Shown: positions 26,459 to 32,597 of the stretch, piece by piece
Numbering within the stretch: the first letter of the stretch is position 1
Layout: each line of letters begins with the position of its first letter
Source: Pseudobacter sp.
GTDB lineage: Bacteria > Bacteroidota > Bacteroidia > Chitinophagales > Chitinophagaceae
DNA: 64,000 bases
Direction: 5' to 3'
NCBI RefSeq assembly: GCF_051955275.1
Contig: NZ_JBQCGW010000294.1
Coordinates: 695 to 64,694 of the forward strand
Program-made: the position numbers and the translations under genes
Notes under the pieces: generated by a model
What the model saw: only the letters and a program-made list of their open reading frames with translations
What the model was told of the DNA's origin: nothing
Databases searched by the model: none

Positions 26459-27175
26459 TTACTTCTTTATAAAAAAATCCTGCACCTGGCTGAGCATGCA
26501 TTGCTGGTCAGGTGTGGGGCTGATGATCACTTGATTACTGGTATAAGCGGTGATAGCTTTGGCAGTTGTATTACCGATGGCGAAGCAAACAGTGGATGCG
26601 GGTAACTGGTTAGCTGAAAAAAAACTGTTTACAGCGCTGGGACTGAAGAACAGCACGCCGTCCATATGCTTATTCACAGTCACCGGTGTTTCGATGGTTT
26701 CATAAGTGGTCACTTCATGCACTTCGATGCCATGCTCCTGCAACAGGGTGGGAAGTTCATCCCTGCGCTGGTTGCTGCAGAAAAATACCACGCGTTCAAC
26801 GCTTCCTTCCTGAATGATGGTCTCTGCCAGCAGTGCTCCCGTGAATACTTCGCCGGTGGGCTCGTTGCTGAACAGTTCCATCACAGCATCGCGGGTAGTG
26901 CCTGCCAGGGAAAAGATATTCCAGTGCGAGGCAGAACTGATGTCTTCATTGACATTGAGAGCAGCGGCAACGATCTCTACCGCGTTGCGGCTGGTGAAGA
27001 CCACGGCTGTGCCTGGCTCAAAAGTGAGTGGCAGTACGGTTTCGATGGTCTCACCGTTCAGTACGGGTTCTATTCTGATGAGTTCCGCTTCCTGACAGGC
27101 GATGCCCTGCTTCACCAGTTCCCTGCTCAGTGAAGGGTTTAATTTCTTTGTACTAAGGATACTGTATCGTGTCAT
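26459..27175 (-). CDS. hemD: Uroporphyrinogen-III synthase
   Basis: 238 aa with a HemD-like two-lobe pattern. It sits between hemC and hemE with 8-nt and 15-nt spacers. The family is poorly conserved, so the call rests partly on context. Confidence 0.75.
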   Translation of the reverse strand: MTRYSILSTKKLNPSLSRELVKQGIACQEAELIRIEPVLNGETIETVLPLTFEPGTAVVFTSRNAVEIVAAALNVNEDISSASHWNIFSLAGTTRDAVMELFSNEPTGEVFTGALLAETIIQEGSVERVVFFCSNQRRDELPTLLQEHGIEVHEVTTYETIETPVTVNKHMDGVLFFSPSAVNSFFSANQLPASTVCFAIGNTTAKAITAYTSNQVIISPTPDQQCMLSQVQDFFIKK

Positions 27176-27183
27176 TATCAGTA

Positions 27184-28107
27184 TTAGCGACCATTGTTTT
27201 TTTGAATACCATCCGCGATCTCCTGTCCGCCATTGGCGAGGAGTTCAGAGGCGAAACTTTTTCCGGCTTCGATGGCTTCCGTCACAGCAAGTGACTTGTG
27301 CAGTTCCACTTTGTGTTTGCCATCTACGGAAAGGATGTTCCCGTTGAAGACCACCCGGTTGTTGCTGATGGTGGCCAGGGCGCTGATGGGAGTGGAACAT
27401 CCGCCAAGAAGGGCACGGAGAAAATCTCTTTCTATTTTGGTGCAGAGTGCAGTATCGGTGTCATTGAATCTGTTGCAGATCTCCAGCAGTTTTTCGTGGT
27501 TGCTGCGGCAGGCTACGGTGATGGCGCCCTGCGCGGGGGCGGGCAGCATCCAGTCGAGCTCCATGGAATTATGCGGACGGAGGCCGATACGCTCCAGTCC
27601 TGCTGCGGCGAAGATGGCGCCGTTCCAGTTGCTTTCTTCGAGTTTGCGGAGGCGGGTGTTCACATTGCCGCGCAGGTTCTCGATGGTATGATGGGGGTAG
27701 CGGTTCAGCCATTGTGCTTTGCGGCGGATGCTGCTGGTGGCGATGATGCAGCTGGCAGCGGCCAGCTCACTGTCGAAAGTGAAATGTTCACCTTTATAGA
27801 TCAGGAGGTCTTTCCAGGAAGCGCGCTTCAGTACTGCGGCCTGGGCAATGCCTTCGGGCAGTTGGGTAGGCACATCCTTCATGGAATGAACGGCCATATC
27901 GATCTTGTTGTTGAGGAGGGCAATATCGAGGCTGCGGGTGAAGATCCCCTGAACGCCCATTTCGTAGAGAGGCGTTTTGAGATCAACATCACCTTCACTT
28001 TTGATGTATACCAGTTCTGCTTCAACGCCCTGTTCGCTGAGCAGGTTCTTTACCTGGCTGGCCTGCCATACTGCAAGCTGACTTTCTCTGGTTCCTATTC
28101 TGATCAT
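27184..28107 (-). CDS. hemC: Hydroxymethylbilane synthase (porphobilinogen deaminase)
   Basis: MIRIGTRESQLAVWQA.. is the canonical HemC N-terminus, so the start is at 28107. The track start at 28191 adds 28 residues. The dipyrromethane-cofactor Cys region ..LLGGCSTPI.. is present. Confidence 0.93.
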   Translation of the reverse strand: MIRIGTRESQLAVWQASQVKNLLSEQGVEAELVYIKSEGDVDLKTPLYEMGVQGIFTRSLDIALLNNKIDMAVHSMKDVPTQLPEGIAQAAVLKRASWKDLLIYKGEHFTFDSELAAASCIIATSSIRRKAQWLNRYPHHTIENLRGNVNTRLRKLEESNWNGAIFAAAGLERIGLRPHNSMELDWMLPAPAQGAITVACRSNHEKLLEICNRFNDTDTALCTKIERDFLRALLGGCSTPISALATISNNRVVFNGNILSVDGKHKVELHKSLAVTEAIEAGKSFASELLANGGQEIADGIQKNNGR

Positions 28108-28203
28108 ATCTGTTATATACCGTGATAATAATGCGCTGTGGAAACGCACGAATGGCCGCAAGGTAGTTTTTACCCTGTTATCATCACTCAATTAATGGCA
28201 AAG

Positions 28204-29445
28204 TTAATTCGAACCTGTTGTAATAAACTCGTTGATGGCCTCTATGTACTGGCACCCGCGTGTGTTCTGCTGGCGCATTTTGGAAGCCATTCCGTTGATC
28301 ACCCGCTGGATCTTGAGATCGGAGTCAGCTGGGCGGGTTGTTATTTCTCCCGGACAAAGTTGAATGTATGAAGGGAAGGTTTGAATTTCTTTCAGCTTGA
28401 TTTTTACTGCTTTGAGAACGGGTACATGCTTGCGCATTTCGTACCATTCAACCAGCTCGGCAATATGCTCTTCAATGATGGCGTGGGCTTTGGGAATTTC
28501 GGCCTCCCGTTTTTGCAGGGTGGCGTCATTGATCTTTGACAATTCATCCACGTTCACGAGCTGTACATTGGGCAACTGGCGGGAAGACTCTTCCACGTTG
28601 CAGGGGATCGACAGATCGATCACCAGTTTGCTACCCTGTTCCCGGAGATGGGAGGCTAAGATGGTGGGCTGCGCGGCATTGGTAGCCACTATGATGATAT
28701 CAGAACGGCGGATATGATCCGTCAGCAGATCGGCAGGCACATATTGAACACCCAGCTCAAAAGCCAGTTCAGCCGCTTTTTCCTGCGTGCGGTTGATGAG
28801 GGTGATATTGGTGGTGCCTAAATAATCGATGATATTCTTGCAGGTAGATCTTCCGATCTTGCCTGTGCCCAGCAGGAGGATCTCCTTGCCGTTGATATCG
28901 CTTATATTTTCTTTGATATACTGGATGGCGGCAAAAGAAACGGAAACGGTGCCGCCGCTCAGTGAAGTATTGTTCTTGATTGCTTTGGAAGATTGCAGCA
29001 CACTGTTCACCAGCCTCTCGGAGAAGGTACCGATGAAGCCCCTTTCACGTGCAAATTTTACAGCCATTTTCAGCTGGCCTACAATTTCATAATCTCCCAG
29101 GATCTGGGAGTCAAGCCCTGCGCCCACTGAAAACAGGTGCTGGATGGCGCTCATGCCGCTTTTCACATAGGCAAGCCGGGAAAATGTATCCGCATCGCCT
29201 TCGGTATGAAGGCAAAGGAGGTTGATCAGTTGGTCTGCCTGTTCTGCAACACCGTAGATCTCAGTTCTGTTACAAGTGGAAAGAATGAATAATTCGTTGA
29301 CTCCATAAGAAGGTGCCAGTGTAAGAAGGGAAGCGTATTGGTCATTGTTGATGGCAAACTTTCCCCTGATGGCAGCGTCAGTCTTCTTATAGTTAATGCC
29401 TGCGATAAAAAACTTCGATATGTCTTTGCTACTCTGTCCTGGCAT
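28204..29445 (-). CDS. hemA: Glutamyl-tRNA reductase
   Basis: 413 aa. Motifs ..ILSTCNRTEIY.. (catalytic Cys) and the NADPH-binding GTGKIG. Confidence 0.93.
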   Translation of the reverse strand: MPGQSSKDISKFFIAGINYKKTDAAIRGKFAINNDQYASLLTLAPSYGVNELFILSTCNRTEIYGVAEQADQLINLLCLHTEGDADTFSRLAYVKSGMSAIQHLFSVGAGLDSQILGDYEIVGQLKMAVKFARERGFIGTFSERLVNSVLQSSKAIKNNTSLSGGTVSVSFAAIQYIKENISDINGKEILLLGTGKIGRSTCKNIIDYLGTTNITLINRTQEKAAELAFELGVQYVPADLLTDHIRRSDIIIVATNAAQPTILASHLREQGSKLVIDLSIPCNVEESSRQLPNVQLVNVDELSKINDATLQKREAEIPKAHAIIEEHIAELVEWYEMRKHVPVLKAVKIKLKEIQTFPSYIQLCPGEITTRPADSDLKIQRVINGMASKMRQQNTRGCQYIEAINEFITTGSN

Positions 29446-29470
29446 GAAAGTAAATTTCTAAATCACAGCG

Positions 29471-29478
29471 CAAAAATA
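29471..29478 (-). promoter_or_regulatory. Candidate -7 box (TATTTTTG) of the hemA operon
   Basis: The plus strand CAAAAATA is TATTTTTG on the minus strand, 26 nt upstream of the hemA ATG. Box sequence and spacing match the gatB promoter. Confidence 0.5.
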
Positions 29479-29508
29479 CCCTCGGAAGCGCCAATCACCT
29501 AATCTGTC

Positions 29509-29526
29509 TGTCATTGCATTGTCATT
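29509..29526. promoter_or_regulatory. Direct repeat TGTCATT-N4-TGTCATT in the hemA/hemH divergent control region
   Basis: Two exact 7-mers start 11 bp apart (29509 and 29520), between the two candidate -7 boxes. Confidence 0.3.
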
Positions 29527-29593
29527 TTACTGTATGATAAAGGTCACATAAAATAGTGATCAGCATCAATGAACTTTTCATCCAATACAAAGT

Positions 29594-29601
29594 TACTTTT
29601 G
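29594..29601 (+). promoter_or_regulatory. Candidate -7 box (TACTTTTG) of hemH
   Basis: Perfect TAnnTTTG match ending 17 nt upstream of the hemH ATG. Confidence 0.5.
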
Positions 29602-29617
29602 CAAATCATTCGAAATT

Positions 29618-30643
29618 ATGGCAATGGTTAAAAAAGGAATTGTTTTGATGAATCTCGGGAGTCCGGACTCCACGGAAGTAAAGGATGTGCGAAGGTACCT
29701 CGATGAATTTCTGATGGATAAAAGGGTGATTGATACCCCTTTGCTCTGGAGAGCCCTGTTGGTGAAAGGTATCATTGTGCCTTTCCGCGCACCCAAATCA
29801 GCAGAAGCTTACAAGAGTATCTGGACCAAAGAAGGGTCTCCTCTGATCGTGATCAGTGAGCAGCAGCAGCAGGCACTGCAGGAGCAGGTGGAAGAACCCG
29901 TGGTGATTGCCATGCGTTATGGTAATCCCGCACCCTGGGATGCTTTTGATGATCTGATGCAGAAGGTACCCGGACTGGAAGAAGTGGTGCTGGTGCCTAT
30001 GTACCCGCATTATGCGATGAGCAGTTATGAAACGGCCGTGGAGTATGCGAAGAAGGTGCATAAAGAGAAGAAATATCCATTCAGATTGTCCATTGTTCCT
30101 CCTTTTTATAAAGATCCCAGGTATATCGATGCATTGTCTGAAAGCATTGCGCCATACCTGGAGCAGGACTATGATCATATTGTATTCAGTTATCATGGGA
30201 TCCCTGAAAGGCATGTGCAGAAGACCGATCCTTCCGGCAATCACTGTCTGAAAAATATGGATTGCTGCAATGTGGACAATCCTGCGCATGCGTTCTGTTA
30301 CCGTCATCAGATCCTGAAAACCACTCAGCTGGTTGCGGAGAAACTGAATATTCCCAAAGAGAAATACAGTCATTCTTTCCAGAGCAGACTGGGGAGGGAT
30401 GAATGGTTGAAGCCTTACACCGCGGTTAGATTGGGTGAAATGCCGAAAGAGGAGATCAAAAAACTGCTGGTGGTTTGTCCGGCTTTTGTGGCTGACTGCC
30501 TGGAGACACTTGAAGAGATGGCTGAAGAGGGAAAAGAGATCTTTCTGCATGCGGGTGGAGAGCAATTCACGTTGATTCCTTGCATGAATGTGCATCCTGC
30601 CTGGATCGGAGCGTTAAAGGAACTGGCTGCCGACGCAAAATAA
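29618..30643 (+). CDS. hemH: Ferrochelatase
   Basis: 341 aa. Motifs ..VLMNLGSPDS.., ..FSYHGIPERH.. and ..CPAFVADCLETLEE.. typical of HemH. Confidence 0.95.
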   Translation: MAMVKKGIVLMNLGSPDSTEVKDVRRYLDEFLMDKRVIDTPLLWRALLVKGIIVPFRAPKSAEAYKSIWTKEGSPLIVISEQQQQALQEQVEEPVVIAMRYGNPAPWDAFDDLMQKVPGLEEVVLVPMYPHYAMSSYETAVEYAKKVHKEKKYPFRLSIVPPFYKDPRYIDALSESIAPYLEQDYDHIVFSYHGIPERHVQKTDPSGNHCLKNMDCCNVDNPAHAFCYRHQILKTTQLVAEKLNIPKEKYSHSFQSRLGRDEWLKPYTAVRLGEMPKEEIKKLLVVCPAFVADCLETLEEMAEEGKEIFLHAGGEQFTLIPCMNVHPAWIGALKELAADAK

Positions 30644-30647
30644 CGCA

Positions 30648-30768
30648 GCCTGTGCCTGGTCGCTCGCGTTCCGCGAGTGACTTCTGTTTGCTCGCCGGTG
30701 GCGGGTTCAGCGTTCGCCAGAGGCGAACAAATTTTGCTCACTCGCCAGCGGCGAGCGAGTGCAACACC
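30648..30768 (+). repeat. Hairpin-array intergenic element, copy 4 (hemH-hemJ spacer; inverted on the plus strand)
   Basis: GTCGCTCGCG-ttc-CGCGAGTGAC (30659-30681) is the reverse complement of the H4 module. It is followed by CTCGCC-ggt-GGCGGG, GTTCGCC-aga-GGCGAAC (30712-30728) and CTCACTCGCC-agc-GGCGAGCGAG (30737-30759). Confidence 0.85.
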
Positions 30769-30782
30769 CTGATAAACAGTCT

Positions 30783-31316
30783 ATGTATCTCTACATCAAA
30801 GCGCTTCACATCATTTTTGTTGTAACCTGGTTTGCGGGTTTATTCTATATGCCGCGACTGATGGTGTACAATGCGGAGGCTGACATGCAGCCTGAACCTG
30901 CCCGGGGAATTTTAAGAGCGCAGTATACGATCATGATGAAAAGGCTCTGGTATGGTATCACCTGGCCTTCGGCAGTGCTTACACTGATCTTTGGACTGAC
31001 TACCTGGTATCAGTTGGGTGTATTTCCGGATTGGCTGAAGATCAAATTATTATTTGTTACCGGGTTGTTTGCCTACCATGGATCATTACATATGGTAGCC
31101 GCGCAGCAGTGGAAAGGACTGTTCAAATACAGTGGTCAGCAACTACGGATCTGGAATGAAGTTGCAACAATATTTTTAGTGGCCATAGTGATGCTGGTAG
31201 TTGTGAAAGAGAATATGAGTGTGGTGTGGGGACTGTTGGGATTATTTTTATTTGTAGTGATATTGATGAGCGCTATCAAAATCTACAAACTGGTGCGGCA
31301 AAAGAAAAAAATGTAG
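30783..31316 (+). CDS. hemJ: Protoporphyrinogen IX oxidase, HemJ type
   Basis: MYLYIKALHIIFVVTWFAGLFYMPRLMVY.. is the HemJ (UPF0093) N-terminus, and the protein has 4-5 TM helices. I prefer the ATG at 30783. The track's GTG at 30759 lies inside the repeat element. Confidence 0.85.
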   Translation: MYLYIKALHIIFVVTWFAGLFYMPRLMVYNAEADMQPEPARGILRAQYTIMMKRLWYGITWPSAVLTLIFGLTTWYQLGVFPDWLKIKLLFVTGLFAYHGSLHMVAAQQWKGLFKYSGQQLRIWNEVATIFLVAIVMLVVVKENMSVVWGLLGLFLFVVILMSAIKIYKLVRQKKKM

Positions 31317-31388
31317 AAAAAAAACAGCATTTCCCCATTCTGGTTCCCATATCGGGGAAGTACAACCGGAGAAGGGTGTAAATAAAAA

Positions 31389-31426
31389 AAGAGAGTGTAT
31401 CGTTTGATGCACTCTCTTGTTTTTTA
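31389..31426 (+). terminator. Rho-independent terminator of hemJ
   Basis: Stem AAGAGAGTG (31389-31397) / CACTCTCTT (31410-31418), followed by GTTTTTT. Confidence 0.8.
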
Positions 31427-31467
31427 TAGGGATAGAAACAGTTGTAGAAAGGGAGCCGACTATAAAG

Positions 31468-31649
31468 CTGTAATCACATATTTTCCGCGAGGATATTGAC
31501 TTACAGCGATTTCCATCAGAGTTTTTCCATACCGGATACCGAAGATTAAAAACGGGATAGGTAGTGATGGAAATGTGGTAAAAAGAAAAAACCTTTCCTA
31601 GTTTTTAGAGTTTTTAAAGGAAAGGGGAGCAGGAATACTCCCCTTTTTA
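31468..31649 (+). ncRNA. Candidate structured RNA (unknown class) ending in an intrinsic terminator
   Basis: Hand-folded. P1 31468-31506 has 13 bp with two 1-nt bulges. P2 is a perfect 10-bp helix ATTTCCATCA (31509-31518) / TGATGGAAAT (31565-31574) enclosing GTTTTT/AAAAAC. CCTTTCCT (31592-31599) / AGGAAAGG (31618-31625) competes with the terminator AAAGGGGAG (31621-31629) / CTCCCCTTT (31638-31646) plus T-run. No promoter was identified, and strand and extent are tentative. Confidence 0.3.
31621..31649 (+). terminator. Intrinsic terminator-like hairpin inside the ORF-free region
   Basis: A 9-bp stem with an 8-nt loop, followed by a T-run (CTCCCCTTTTTAA). Confidence 0.55.
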
Positions 31650-32509
31650 ACCCCTAAACCCTAAACCGTAGAAAAGGTTTTTCATATAATGAGTTCGGTT
31701 AATCAACTTAAAGAGCGTGTGTTGTCTTTTCTTGTTCTTCAATTCCGTTTTGCTGACAACATCTCTATAGTTTCATAAACTGTGCCAAAACTTTTACATG
31801 TGGAAAAAGCCCCGGCAAAAATTAAAGAACTTAGTCGTTTTAATCTTGTTTTAACTTCACTTATCAAGATCAGTAATCGTATCAGATCATCACTGTTTCC
31901 AGGATGCAATCTTCAACAGAAACCTGATTGAATCAAGTAAGATTTATCTACAAACCGACAATAAATGAACTGTGCTACTAAAGTTCTCACAAGGTGAGGA
32001 AAATTCCGAATTAGTCTGACGATATACGTTATTAAAGTATCGCCTTTTGTTGCTACAAAAAATTACTAATTCTTCAGGAATGGTGAGCTTTTAACCAGAG
32101 TGAATCAATCTCTAAGGATTGAAATGCCTTGTTTTGGCAACGTTTCAGAGTATCTACGGGAATTAATCCCGTTTGGTTTTCCAAATATCAGATATTTTTT
32201 CAAAGAACAGCATTAAATTCTACTATTTTTTTTTAATATATAAACCCTATGAACCGGTGATGGATAAACGAAGTTGGCTCAATGATCGGCGTTGACACCA
32301 TCAACTGCCTGAATATCTGAACAGTAAAAGATTTCAACCATACCTTCACCATGTTTTTCTGCTTATTTGATGGATGATAAAAAAATATTATTTCAAGAAG
32401 TTGGTACCCGATATGGTTAATTTTTCTGCCTTACGTAGCGGTTCAGATCCAGGGATTTCTCCCCTGAATTTTGTATAGGCCAGCGTCCCGGATTACCCTA
32501 TATTTTCAG

Positions 32510-32517
32510 TAACTTTG
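32510..32517 (+). promoter_or_regulatory. Candidate -7 box (TAACTTTG) of ileS
   Basis: Perfect TAnnTTTG match 81 nt upstream of the ileS ATG. No clear -33 TTG is present. Confidence 0.45.
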
Positions 32518-32545
32518 CACACTTTTAAACCACGGATTTTACAGT

Positions 32546-32578
32546 TCCGGACTTTCCCCGGGGGAAAAACGGTCCGGA
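32546..32578 (+). promoter_or_regulatory. ileS 5'-leader hairpin
   Basis: Outer stem TCCGGAC (32546-32552) / GTCCGGA (32572-32578). Inner stem TTTCC/GGgAAA lies around the CCCCGGGG centre. It ends 20 nt before the ATG and has no T-tail. Confidence 0.35.
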
Positions 32579-32597
32579 TATTAGCCCGAAATAGAAT

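Larger units (their letters stand above)
31427..32509. other. AT-rich region with no ORF >=60 aa on either strand
   Basis: The supplied track has no ORF between 31316 and 32598. Hand counts of three 60-nt lines (31681, 31861, 32161) give 33%, 38% and 27% G+C. A hemH line (30001) gives 52%. Confidence 0.9.

Noticed and set aside
31652-31665. Telomere-like CCCTAAA CCCTAAA directly after the terminator hairpin.
   Set aside because: Only two units are present in a circular-chromosome-type bacterial context. This is most likely chance.
31689-31778. Short ORFs inside the ORF-free region: 29 aa at 31689-31778 (+), 30 aa at 32124-32216 (+), 39 aa at 32233-32352 (-).
   Set aside because: They have no recognisable motifs, signal peptides or promoter boxes. 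Their lengths are what chance predicts in AT-rich DNA.
31799-31952. A possible replication origin in the AT-rich ORF-free region. DnaA-box-like 9-mers are TGTGGAAAA (31799-31807) and TTATCTACA (31944-31952), there is an A/T-rich stretch at 32221-32250, and genes to the right are mostly on the plus strand.
   Set aside because: Only two 8/9 matches and a few 7/9 matches exist, with no cluster of perfect boxes. No dnaA or dnaN gene is nearby, and gene orientation to the left is mixed. The evidence is too weak to call, but a genome-wide GC-skew and DnaA-box analysis would settle it.
32545-32559. Minus-strand GGGGAAAGTCCGGAA resembles the universally conserved GGAAAGUCCGG segment (P4 region) of RNase P RNA.
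   Set aside because: The flanking sequence does not continue like bacterial RNase P RNA. There is no GGGCUC.., no matching ACAGAA..GGCUUA partner strand and no GC-rich helices. The motif is better explained as one arm of the ileS leader hairpin.
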